Assembly: GCF_052425735.1 (NCBI RefSeq) | Contig: NC_135764.1 | Span: 18,414,001-18,478,000 of the forward strand | DNA from: Oculina patagonica | Lineage: Eukaryota | Direction of reading: 5' to 3' | Length of the DNA: 64,000 nucleotides | Part shown: positions 12,345 through 24,132 of the stretch, piece after piece | How positions within the stretch are numbered: position 1 is the stretch's first letter | How the letters are laid out: each line of letters opens with the position of its first letter | Notes under the pieces: generated by a model | The model's database searches: none | Told to the model about the DNA's origin: nothing | What the model saw: the letters and a program-made list of their open reading frames with translations, nothing else | Translations under genes and position numbers: made by a program

Positions 12345-13881
12345 TTAATCACCTGCCTGATACCATTTAGAAATTCGTTTCAGTTGATTCAAATTTTCAA
12401 TAAAAATGTTACCTAAAAGAATACAAACTGCACCTAATGCGAACACCTTAAAAGCATTTGCCGAACCTAAAAAGTTAATCATAACACCCCCAAGCACTTC
12501 ACCACATCCATAACCAAGGCCTCTGTAAAACCCATAAAGAATGCCTTGATGGGTGGTGGCGTTTTCACTCGTTGATAATTCGTTGACGTATGAAAGCATA
12601 GCTACCCATGCTAAAGCGTTTGTTATTCCAGGCATGAACTCTAATGGAAGAACGAGCCATGGGTTTGACAAAAACGAATACCATAGACAACGTACAGTAA
12701 ATCCTGCAGCTGCAAGGTGTATCACTCGGTTGTGTCCCATGCGTGTGATGATTTTGTCAGATATAAGATACACAGAGACTTCAGCAAAGCAGTTAACGGC
12801 TGCAATAATGCTAAAAAGTAGCTGCGTGCCGCCCAAGTCTTTTAAATGCCAAAAAAGAAACGTTTTCATAAAGGCGTTCAGTATTCCAAAATAAAACGCC
12901 GTGAAAAGGAACATGATGTATTTTATGCTGATGCTTCGTTTGAAACCATCCATTATTTCACCATTTTTGGCCAACTTGGTGTCTTCTGAGCTATAGGCAA
13001 ACTTAAATTTTACGGATGTAAGAAGTGAAAGAAGCATTAAAGCACCGAATGTATAGAAACAAGGGCTGTAATTAATTTCGGAAGGTTTAGTGTAGGGATT
13101 AGGGCAGTGGTGACTCAGTGTGACCAGTGCACCGACTAGAAATGAGGCAACTCCCCATCCAACGGATCCCCACAGCCGCTGCCGCCCGTACAGGTGTACA
13201 TTAGGTCTTAACGTTTGCATGGTTACTGTGTCTGCTAGCGCCAGAGATGGAGACGAGATGATGTTGCTGATGAAAATAATGATGAGTAATATTGTAAATA
13301 GTTCTGTTGTACTGGGTATCTGTGACATATCGTCCTCTTTACTGGCATAGACCAGCGGCCATGGCTTGTCATTCACAACGGAGGAGACAAAAACAAAATC
13401 CTTCCAGTAAGAAGAAAAATTTCCAACATGCGGAGAAATTTCGGATGAATTATCTCCGCCCTCGATGGAACGCGATATGAAATTCAATGTGCAAAGACGC
13501 TCAGCTGGTGCTACTAAAGACAGCGAGAACTGAGACAATGCAGTAACAAACAGCGACAATAGAAGAATCGATTTTCCCATTTTAAATCGATCTACAAAGG
13601 CTCCCCAGAGTGGTGTACACACGAACTCAACAAAGGGCTTCAATCCCATCAGTATTCCCACTTGAGATGGCGTAAGATTCATTTGTTTGTAGTACAAAGC
13701 AAGATAAGGCAGCAGTGCACCCAACGACGAAAAATACAAGAAGTAAAATAATTTGGCTGGAATATGTTTCCTTTCGATTTGTGGGCAGCATTTCTTTTCA
13801 CTGTCATCGATTTGTGGATCTTCGTATTTGTCCCTGTGTTGGTCTTCTTTATCAAGTTCGGCATTTTTGACAGACGCTCAT
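12345..13881 (-). CDS. MFSD6: MFSD6-like MFS transporter, copy 3 (apparent 1-bp frameshift just after the start codon; possible pseudogene or assembly error)
   Basis: The ORF-track frame extends upstream of 13739 (..DDSEKKCCPQIERKHIPAKLFYFLYFSSLGALLPY) to an in-frame TGA at 13878-13880 without an ATG. An ATG at 13881-13879 is one base out of frame. The body is intact (YGRQRLWGSVGWG, FLFWHLKDLGG). Confidence 0.85.
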
Positions 13882-14479
13882 AGCTTGTTTGGATTTTGGA
13901 TTTGTTTGAATTTTGATTAACAGTCTTTTGTTTGCTGGGAAAATATTGAATAAACAGCAAAGTAAAGTTGATTACGCACAGCCGCACTTCTCCTGTTGAA
14001 AGTTGCTTGTCTTGAGCTTTCAGAGCTTTGCTTCAGCTTCAATTGCCCTGCAGTATGTTGATACTTGTGGAGTCGTAGTTTCAATGTGTTTCCTTTTAGC
14101 GAATTTAATATTTCTACTATATCTAGTTTTTAGCACATCACAGTTATTTTATCAGGGAAATTTCTGACTTGTTGCACACCTAGAGTCGTTAACCACCCGT
14201 TATCACCCGCGGTCATAGATTTATGTCAGGGAGTTTTGGTTGTCATAAAAATGTGCTTTCTTAGAGACTATTTTTCCTTAAATGTTGGTCAGTAGACTAA
14301 CGCTGTAAAAGAAACAAAGTGTTAACGTGTACAATGTTCTATATGTCATGGTTGGTCTTGTCGTGCGACAATTTCCCCGACTATTAAAGACAAAGGAAGA
14401 AATGGATGATAAAACGTTTGAAAGCTTTCGTGCTGTATTATTTTCGTGCTGTTATATATTTACCCACGCAACACGGTAG

Positions 14480-14655
14480 AGCTCTTAGGAATTTGTCAGA
14501 AAGAGTACGTGCATCAAAGATCGAATTGGAATTCGTGGAGGGAGGAAAACCAGAGAACCCTCGTAGCAAAGACGAGAACCAATATTCAATAACAATCTAA
14601 ATACGACGCCGGGCCCAGTATTCGAAACCGGGTAACATTGTTGGGAGGCGAGCTC
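14480..14655 (-). mobile_element. Degenerate tRNA-derived SINE fragment
   Basis: ggagggaggaaaaccagagaaccctcg...gacgagaacc...ttcgaaaccggg...ggaggcgag; the minus strand carries a B-box-like ggtttcgaat. Boundaries approximate. Confidence 0.45.
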
Positions 14656-17063
14656 CTTAAAACTTTACCTCATAATTATTTGCAGTTAAGGCGTATTTCA
14701 CAATACCAACGAAACGTTTCTGAACTTCTTTTGGGTTCCAGGTTTTACGCGCAAAGCCGATAATAAGCGGAAACTTTATTAAGCGGGCAGTAGTCCTTAT
14801 TAAATGGTTATCTCTAAAACAGTTTATTAAATGGATATTCCTGTTTTAAGCGTGCACACATCATTCGATTTTACCAACCAATATGCCTGATACTAGAAAG
14901 TGAGAAAAAAGTGAGATTTTTATGTTTGAATATCCTCGCATCATAAAAACGGTGACCTCTCACTAGCCATTAGTGAAGTGGCTAATAAAGATATGGAAAC
15001 TGAATTTATCACGAATCCACTATTTCTTCACAAGATGGAATTTTCATTGAAGTATTATTGTCTTTCAGATTCGATTCCCCGCGTTTTAAGTTCGATTGCC
15101 AGCTGTTGTTCGGGAAAATGAGTCCGCGCTCCTCCCCCGACAGAGAACGGACACGAGAGCGGCCGAAATCAAGCCTTTTGCGTTTTTGAACCAAAAAATT
15201 GAACACTGTGTCTCTCATTCAGGTTTGTTTGTAAAACAAATTTGTTTGACCGTAGAACCATGCTGCATAATCATATATGATACAGTTCCGATTGGTGACA
15301 AAGCGCGCAAAAAAACGCTGCTACACCTAATCCCGGCTTTAGAAAATTCTGCCAGTCCAACACTTTTGTAAATTTTTTGTGTTATGTAATTCGGAGGTGT
15401 TCATCTTTGATTATCAACAAAATCACACGAGGAATAAATGTTAACGCCATAAAGCTGGAGCAAAATATTGCATGCGACCGTCGCGCTACCGCTGCTGAAA
15501 TAGCCTGCGGAACAAATTCTAGAGTTCTTCAATGGCTTTTACATACTCAATTTGCATTTTTCAGTTCGAAAAATTCAACCATCTTTTCCGTCTTTTCTTT
15601 GCCATTACCGGATCATTGCCCCTAAATCGTTAAGTATACCTTTTTTTCTCTTAATTTGGGATGTTGCTGCAACAGCTAATAAAGCGCCTGGAAGCCGTTT
15701 CTTCGCACTGTTCAAATGTGTATCGCACCATGCCATCCTGAAAGAAATGAGCTCGAGTGGACGCGAAAGATTCTGCCTCGAGCTCCCTGGGTAGACGTCA
15801 AGGGTAGACGTCACAACAGCCTCTGGACCCAATCCCCTCAGAACACGGCCGTGAAACAAAATGGCGGCGTTTGAGTGCTTTTTTTCTGTACTTCGCCGGG
15901 ACGCAGGAAATCGAAAATTCAACCAAATCCAAATCCATCTATATATCTTTTATCTTCCATGAAACGTCTTGGTGTAACTTGCCGACCAACATGTTTCACT
16001 AGGGACGTGAAGTGGCCGTGTAGCTAAGGGCTTAAGTCTTGTGTGTCGCTACCTATTTACTTAAACTTAAGTAATTTTTGCGAGAGTGCTTGTCGTATGA
16101 GGTTGCCCTCATGACTTTTGCAACGCGAAGGGCTCTCTGTAGAAAAACAACGTTTCGTAGAAGAATATTGAAATAGTGAAATATGCATGGAGATTGCATT
16201 TCTCTGATTAATTTCCCCTCTCCAACTGATGCAATTTGCAGAAAACTACAGCGGAGACTTGAACGACTTCAAGAAATGAGTCTGCACGCGAGGTAATCGC
16301 TGCTGTTGCCTTAATTGTTTTTTTTTTTGGTTCTTGCATATTATGTTCTTTTGTATTTAAAAAATCGACATCTAAGGAAATTTTACGTTTGGAGGGAATC
16401 CGGCTCCATAGTTTGGATGTTACGCACTGTATTATATTAAACTCAATTGCTTCTTTGAACAAAAATTGCAGGTCAATCACACATGTCTGCAAGCGAACAA
16501 TTAACTAGTTTTAACGGTGTTTTAAAATATTCTTATGTTTCAAAAAGGGACAAAACATCATTCTCAATACAACTGGAATGAAAAAAAAATCACTTGGACT
16601 ATTTAACACTTCAAATGACGACCAAAATATGCAAGTTTAAATAGCAATGATCATCTATTGCTAGGATTGAGTGGTCATGTCCAAACCTCAAGGGACTGAA
16701 TTTGTTGACTTGCTTTTTTGTATTAATTGCTAGATTTTCTTTAACCCATTATACTCATGGAAAAAATTGTTTCAAAGGCCGGGCCGGCTGTCAAGTTTTT
16801 ATTAGCGAGGAAACGATTATCACAACAATTTCCTTATAAGGAGAGCAGAACAATAGAAGTACCAGTCGCGCGAGGGTTAATTTTACTTAAGATATAAAAA
16901 TTTAACCTCACTAAACTAAACAGTCCTCTTGTTTCGTTTGATGATGTCACCCATTGTAGGTAACTCAACATCCAGCCTTAAGCATCAATGAAGGTTGTCA
17001 ATGCGTTTTGGAGTGCGTGCCCACTGGAAAAACCAAAAACAATTCTACTGAGTCAATGGAAGA

Positions 17064-18683
17064 ATGCCCGAGGAATACAAGGCGTCCCAAGAAAGACTTT
17101 GTGGCAACAATGATGAAGGAGATGAGAATTCAAAACATCGCTTCGATTGTAAAATTAACCGAAAGCGACTGGTGTCCAAACTATTTTACCTGTTCTACTT
17201 CTCGGCTTTTGGATCGCTGTGGCCCTATCTATCATTGTACTTTAAACAGTTGTTTTTATCACCACGACAGCTGGGCATCCTTGTGGCTGTACGATCTCTT
17301 GTCCAATTCGTCTTTACACCTGTTTGGGGAGCTCTTGCGGATCGCTTCAACAAAAGTAAATTTGTTTTATTATTAGGATTGTCAGCTTGGCTATTGTCAA
17401 CATTTTCTTTGGCCATAATACCGATAGGAGAAAGACCGAAAGCCTGTTATGAGATGAACTCCCTGTCCTTGTCATTGTTTCAAAATGCCTCTACGCGCAA
17501 GACTAACTTCACAAACGTAACAGCACGACCTCATCGACCTAAAAATTCTATCGATCACCAACCTTATGAGTCTATTTTTGGATCCAGTAGATTTCTTCCA
17601 TGGGCTTTAAGCTTTTTCTCAAATGAATACGAGCCTGAGAAGTCGACTAAACTCAAAGAAGATACGTTTCCGGACCTAAAATATTATCCCTCGCCTGAGA
17701 AAATCTCCGATTCCTCTAGACTGTTCATTTTTATGGTTTGCGTTATAGTATTTGGGCAGATCTTTGCATCGCCAACGCAATGCCTGGCGGACACAGCCAC
17801 ACTGCAAATTCTCGCAGAGGACAGCCATGAATATGGAAAGCAAGCTTTTTGGGGATCGGTTGGTTATGGAATGACGGCTTTCATCGTTGGCACATCTATA
17901 AGTGGACCGAAAACTCTTAATCCCTGTAGCCACGAAATGGACATCAACTATATTCCCTGCTTTTATGTGTTTGGTTTTTTCATGGTGGCTACATTGATTG
18001 TAGCAAGTCGTTTTAATTTTAAACCTGTCGATCACTCACAGTGTAAAGAAACTGCAATAGGTGGGCTTAAAGTGCTTAAAAACTTCGACTATGCGTTTTT
18101 TCTATTCATTGTCTTTTTTTGTGGCACAGCTTTTGGTTTTATACAGACATTTCTCTTTTGGCATCTCCGTGAGTTAGGCGGGCAGCAAATGCTGTTTGGG
18201 TTGATAATCCTGGCCAACAGCACAGCGGAAGTGGTGGTTTACCTTTTGTCAGAGCGTCTGCTCCGGAACATCGGGCACTTCAGGGTGATGTACCTGGGAC
18301 TTCTGTGCTACGCTCTGCGATTCTTTTACTACTCGTATTGTAGCAGACCTTGGCTTTTCTTGCCAATAGAACTCATTCAAGGGATAACAACTGCCGCTGT
18401 TTGGTCATCGTTTGTTTCCCATGTTGGTGCAGAGCCTGGTGTGGCTACGACACTTCAAGGACTCGTTAACGGCTTTTACACCGGCTTAGGTTACGCCAGC
18501 GGCGGTCTCCTGGGAGGTGTTATGGTTCACGAATTTGGTACCAGTACAGCTTTTCTCGTTTTTGGAGAATTAAGTTTGATAGTTCTTTTTGTGTTTATTA
18601 TAGTGAATAATGTTCGCCAAACAGAAAAGAAACCTGACATTCATTTTACAACTGTTAGCCAAGCAGATGAGTTTGAACAGTAG
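17064..18683 (+). CDS. MFSD6: MFSD6-like MFS transporter, copy 4 (539 aa, single coding exon)
   Basis: KLFYLFYFSAFGSLWPYL, PVWGALADRFNK, LADTAT, YGKQAFWGSVGYG, FLFWHLRELGG. Oriented divergently from copy 3. Confidence 0.92.
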   Translation: MPEEYKASQERLCGNNDEGDENSKHRFDCKINRKRLVSKLFYLFYFSAFGSLWPYLSLYFKQLFLSPRQLGILVAVRSLVQFVFTPVWGALADRFNKSKFVLLLGLSAWLLSTFSLAIIPIGERPKACYEMNSLSLSLFQNASTRKTNFTNVTARPHRPKNSIDHQPYESIFGSSRFLPWALSFFSNEYEPEKSTKLKEDTFPDLKYYPSPEKISDSSRLFIFMVCVIVFGQIFASPTQCLADTATLQILAEDSHEYGKQAFWGSVGYGMTAFIVGTSISGPKTLNPCSHEMDINYIPCFYVFGFFMVATLIVASRFNFKPVDHSQCKETAIGGLKVLKNFDYAFFLFIVFFCGTAFGFIQTFLFWHLRELGGQQMLFGLIILANSTAEVVVYLLSERLLRNIGHFRVMYLGLLCYALRFFYYSYCSRPWLFLPIELIQGITTAAVWSSFVSHVGAEPGVATTLQGLVNGFYTGLGYASGGLLGGVMVHEFGTSTAFLVFGELSLIVLFVFIIVNNVRQTEKKPDIHFTTVSQADEFEQ

Positions 18684-20159
18684 ATCAAAGATGTTATGCC
18701 TGGAAGAAACAGATACAATAAATTTCTAATTAGCGATAGCAGGTTGTTATATTGATCCCCCGCAAAATCATTTTTCGGTGTTACTAGTTCTCGACCAACA
18801 TTTCAAATAAATTTTACGCAAAAAAAGCAGATATGAAATATTATTTCCTTCTTGAGTTTTTTCATTTGGAATTTATACGAGTTGTTTAAGCTAAGCATCA
18901 TTTGTACCGTTTCCCCTTGTTGTCCTAGTTGCTTATGAGACATAAAACAATTTAACTAAACAAATGTGGTTTCTGAGAAAATTTATGCTTTATCAAATAA
19001 AATATTACATCAACTTACATTTAAAGACATATAAGAAATACTGATTAACCATCAATTACATGGGTTGGAATTGTCAGCGAAAAGTCTATTTGAACTGCAT
19101 ATCAAAATGTTAACAAAACCATTTGTGAAAACTCTGTGAAAAATTGTGTTTTTTATGTCATTTTTTACGCTTACTTGTTGTTTTCTTCTCTTATGAAAAA
19201 CATCGGTTTGCAAAGAATTAAAACATAGAAAATGTATCCTAGACACATAGCCAAAAAACTGGGAATTTTTAAACGAAGGCAAGTGAAACAGTGGTTTACA
19301 TTTAATAATTCATCACAATCTCCGAAATAGCAAGATTACAAAAACGATGTCATTTCCAGTATCGCTACGTTTGGGTTTTATTTCATGCATTATAAAACTT
19401 CTTTCGTTGTTGGTTAAAATACATTGTTGTGTGTCCACGCCTAAGGAAAGGTTCATCCAAACTTATCCTCGGTTTTGGGAAGACCATTATTGTGTCACCA
19501 CATGCAGTCATGTCATATATGTCGAACACGTTATAGACGGTGGACTTAAGACTTTACGTTAACTGATCTGAGAGTCGACCAAGGATAACTTCGCTACATT
19601 ATGAAATTTAGCTTCAAGGCATATAAGTCTAAAACAGGGGAAATCCGAACAAGGAATTGTTGTGTCATTGGGTATAAAGGCAAATAGGATGCAAGTTGAA
19701 CCTCGCGTAACCGGACACCCTTGGGACCCGAATAAGCCTATGGCAGGTTAAAGTATACTAAGTGTCCGCTTATGGGAGGTGTCCGTTAGCGAAGGCTTGA
19801 CTGTATTGTGTGTTTTTTTTAGTAATAGTCCTGATGGACCAACTAGAACGGGCCCCCTCTTGTGAAGGTAATAGGTAAAAGAAAATTGCCCCTGGCCATT
19901 CTTCTGCAAATTCGGCTATCATTTATAATTTTGTCACATTTTCGCACAACTTTGCTACGGAGATTAAGTTTTACATTATTAGGAATTAAAGGGGATTTAC
20001 ACAAATAAAAAAGAGAAATTAATAGCTAGGGATTTTGGATAATTGAGGATTTTGCATTGAGGGCAGGTTATCAGGAATGAGGGTTTCCTTAGTTCAAGGC
20101 CATAAATAAAAGAATAAAGAATGTTCTGGGCTTGTATGTAGAGTTACGTCGATGTTTTG

Positions 20160-20852
20160 TCACGGCCGGTAAATGTGACTTCTAGCGGCTGCCATTTCAC
20201 TCAGAGATCGCTCTAGGTTGACTTTCTTAGTGTCAGTGGTTTTACATCTGTTTAGGTGACACAGTCGCACTCTAATACTTCTACCAGCACAGCTTTTCCC
20301 TTCATTTGAAGGAGGAGGGCTCGTGCAACTGCGCTTGGAATATGTTAACCCCCCACCACAGGTTGTAGTACATCTTGACCACCTGGACCACTCTGACCAT
20401 CCTCCATCCACAGAGATGTCTGTTGACAAAATAAAAGATCATCTCTCAAGTGTCCCAATTAGCTATTTTAACAATAGAGTGTTTCTGTCGAGGAACTATC
20501 AGACCGATAGTTCCTCGACAGAAACACTCTATTGTCTTTATTGTTCACCACTAAATTTTCTTCCGCGCGCACATACAGAACAAGCATCGTGAATTATTTT
20601 TACTTTTGAAGATAAAAAACTCAATTGAAAGCCGAAATTTAACAAACGAAACAAAGCCAGACGAGAGATCCACTGAATGCAGTGAATTTGGTTGGGTTTT
20701 TTTGTCTGCAGGCAGCTTGCAATTGTTTACAAAAAACAGTCACGGGCGGGCACTATCGATCCGGACATTTTTAACGAGAGGGCACTATGGGCTGATAGTG
20801 CCCTCCGGCGGACGGGCACTATCGCGTCACGTGTTTAATTTAAACCAATCAA

Positions 20853-20883
<31 letters not shown>

Positions 20884-23800
20884 TCAACATGGAGGCGAAA
20901 CAGAATTTGTGCGGGAATTCCATGTCATTTTTTTTTTTACCAGAATATAATATTTTAATGACTTGAATCTCGGATACTTGTGGAAAATAGCAAAAGAGTT
21001 TAGTTTAGTGAGTTTTAAAAACGTCAGTGTACCGTTATTTGTCAACTGTCAAAATCATGTGTAGGTCTATCGCTATCGTCGTATATAGCATCTAGTACCT
21101 TTTATTACATATCGCATCAAAGGCACATCCTGTCTTGGCTATAAAGTATTTTTTTTGTGCATAAATTGACTCTATTGTGCTCTAATCACGAACGCCTCAA
21201 AACTAAGTTTATGAACTTGACACTTGTTTGGAGCAACTTTTCCAAAAGACAGAGAAAGAAAAATACAAATATTTAGCCATAGGGTGAGGTGTGATGGTGT
21301 GTGGTTGTGCCCGGCACGATACAGATATATTATGTTCTTACGCAAGGCACCTTACCCTCACACAGTCTCTCCATCAGGAGTAACATGCAGGCAACTGTTT
21401 GTAATTGACAATTCCTGCTGCGCTAGTTATTATTTTATCCAACATGGCAGAAATGCCGTTATTTTTATTGTTTTTTTGAAGATTGGTTTCGCTGACGTAC
21501 ACGTACGTGGTAAATTCTGTATTTGTCAGTTGGTGGGGTCTGTAGTAGTCCTTTATGTTATTGTCTGCTTTCTCCAAGTACTATGAGTCATACTAATTGT
21601 AATACCGACGAAACTTTTTCACTGTCAGTATTCCATTACAAACCTTCACTGTTATTTTTCTTTGCTGTACTTTCATCTTCGTGTTTTTGACTAATCATAG
21701 CATCTTGTCCCGTCAGCTTATTAACGAGTCTTGTCAGCGTCTTTGCAGCCTCGGCTAGATTTGCCGCCAATTCGGCATTTTTCACATTTTTCTTGTATTC
21801 GAGTTCTTGTTTTTTCGCATCTTCCTTTTTAGCTTTTGTCTTGTCAACGGGACTGGCCTGTTGTGTCTGGTTATCGTTTTGGGTTCTATTGTCTTTTTTG
21901 TCTGCTTTAGATGCCGTGTCATCAGAATGTATTTGGGAAGACGATTTTACTCCACGAGCTTTAGCTTTTAAAAGCTGTTTGACCAGTGATGCGTAGTTTG
22001 GCAAAGTCGACGTGGACTGTTTTTGACCAAGCGAGTTTAATCTATTTAGCGCTCTTATTCTGGAAGCAATAAGACTGGACAGGGTGGGGGCAAGTCCACC
22101 TTGTACGGCGGCATCTGATACATAGTTACTGTTGTGATTGTTGTAATCAATCATGGTTCTAGCTGGTGGATTTTCCTCTTCTTCTTCATTGGCTTGACTT
22201 AAGTATCCCTCGTTTGACTGCTCATCATACGGAGCTTCGCCCTGTCCGTTGTCGTCTGCAAAAGCCACGTTGGTATTATCATTATTTTCGTCATTGTAGT
22301 TTTCCATTTCATTACCGAACAAAGGAGAGTAGGCCGTGTTGTAGTTGTTGTCTTCAATTGGTGTTTCTTGGTACGGATCTTCGTTGTCTTCAGTTTGCTG
22401 TCTTTCCATTGGAGAATACGGCTGGCTGGCTTGGTTATCACCGTTTATAAACACAGTCGATGGGGCTCTTAAGGGACTGACCTCGTTTGTCCCGTCTAAG
22501 TGAAGCATTGGTGACATCAAATTGTTTTGGCCGTAGGTGGAAGTCGCAAAATTTCTCAGTGGAACAAGAACTTGTTGCTTCTTGACTTTTTCACTGGAAT
22601 GGCTCGCTAGTATATGCTTTTTATTTCCTGAGTGGATTAAGCAAAATGGGTTAGAATGCTAGAATAGACAAGCATGATCAGACTATAGTAAACTGCGCAG
22701 CAGCGGGCATCATTTTCCTTTTTTTTTTAAAGAAAATTCTTGTCTTTTTTTGCCTCATATCAGTCATAAGTTCTCCATTAACTTATATATCTTGATAAAG
22801 TATCGGCATCTTAACATAGAACAATAATCTCTTTTTCTTTCAAATGGATGATAATTCCATGATTTACGTCCAGGTTGTTGTTTCGCCATCTCCGAGAGAG
22901 TCTGACAGCCTCCAATCAAGACTGCTGAACTGCCAACTGGGAAAAAGGTGACAGTCTTTTTTCGCTTCCGAGGAATAAGACCAAAAGCCGAAAAATCTTA
23001 AAATGTTCCTTGTTAAGATTCTCCGGAATCGCAAGGAAAAAAGGCTGAAAAAAACTTAAGAAGTTTCTCAATATATGAAAATAACAATAGAAAGTGAAAA
23101 AAATACTTTACAAAAGTCCTTGAAGAATGTCGAAAATAGTCTGTTGTTTATGAAAAAGAATTAAAGCCGGTTAATTCCACTAAAAAAGGTATATTTTTCT
23201 GTTTATCTACAAACAAAAATTAAAAAAAATGATTTTTCTGGTCTTTTTCATTTCTGAATTTATATTTTTGTGAAAAAAGTAGAATTGCTGGAAGCCTATC
23301 ACTGATTTGAACTGACTTGTACAAACAGGGCCTTATCATTTCCTTTTGCCTCCAAAGCGAATCCTTCTTGTCATGCGAATGAAACCTTTTTAAGTTGAAT
23401 GGTTTTGCACTAAGACTCGTCTTAAAACAGAGTCCACAAGGAAAATGATCTTTTCCTTGCAGTGTAATGCTTGCATTTCTCTGGACGTGAAATTAGCAGT
23501 CTTAATTGGTAAATACACTGTATGTCAACGAACTTAATAAGCGTATAACATTAACTGTATTCCTTAATAAACTATTTTCTGTTTTACCTTACTTCTCAGT
23601 TTTATTTTGCTTTTCTTTGGTCTCCAGATATTAAGCCTTACAAATAAGCCTACGTTCTTAAGAAAAAATGGGTGTAATATAAAAGTGTACAGAGAAAAAT
23701 GGCCTACGAAGAGGAATTACACAGTTTGTCCATTCAGTGATTTGTCATGCAATTTAAAACATAGATCGGTAGTCACTGATCGGCTGTCAATATAGATGAG

Positions 23801-24132
23801 ACTTGTTTGTTTAAGTAGCAATAACGCACACGCATGAAATTATTGTGATGTATTTGTTCAGATCTTTTGTAAATCATTGTTATTTTTTGTCTTTTAGGTT
23901 TGTGCTCGGTACCAGAAGCAAACTGAAATCTAAATGTAGAAAAATTTAGTCCATCGCCTTTCAGACAGGCTTGCCATCATTCTGGAACGAAACAGGTAAT
24001 ACTCTATGTCCGTTTATGAGAAATAAGAAACATAATTTGATCCTGTGAGCCCTTACCTTTTCTTAGCAGACTTCCACCATTTGTTATAAAACATGTTAAT
24101 AGCAACAAGAGAATTAATTTTATGTTTTCCAT
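20160..24132 (-). CDS. Gene A: secreted low-complexity (N/D/E/Q-rich) protein with a C-terminal thrombospondin type-1 repeat, 439 aa (462 aa with optional exon)
   Basis: Exons: 24132-24057 (gccATGG; MENIKLILLLLLTCFITNGGSLLRK signal peptide), optional 22936-22868 (69 nt, in frame), 22627-21644, 20419-20160 (DGGWSEWSRWSRCTTTCGGG..KRSCTSPPPSNEGKSCAG..RLCHLNRC). All introns are GT-AG and phase 1; the total length is divisible by 3. Confidence 0.8.
20471..20535. repeat. Perfect 30-bp-stem hairpin at the end of an intronic MITE-like element (~20460-20880)
   Basis: acaatagagtgtttctgtcgaggaactatc-agacc-gatagttcctcgacagaaacactctattgt. Confidence 0.8.

Noticed and set aside
8071-18035. Antisense and alternate-frame ORFs overlapping the MFSD6-like genes
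   Set aside because: Shadow ORFs of real coding sequence with no independent features.
21356-21577. 67-aa ORF and gtaag donor as an extra exon of gene A
   Set aside because: It ends in a stop before the donor, and the donor region resembles a decayed SINE. The 21644 donor already joins the TSP1 exon in phase.
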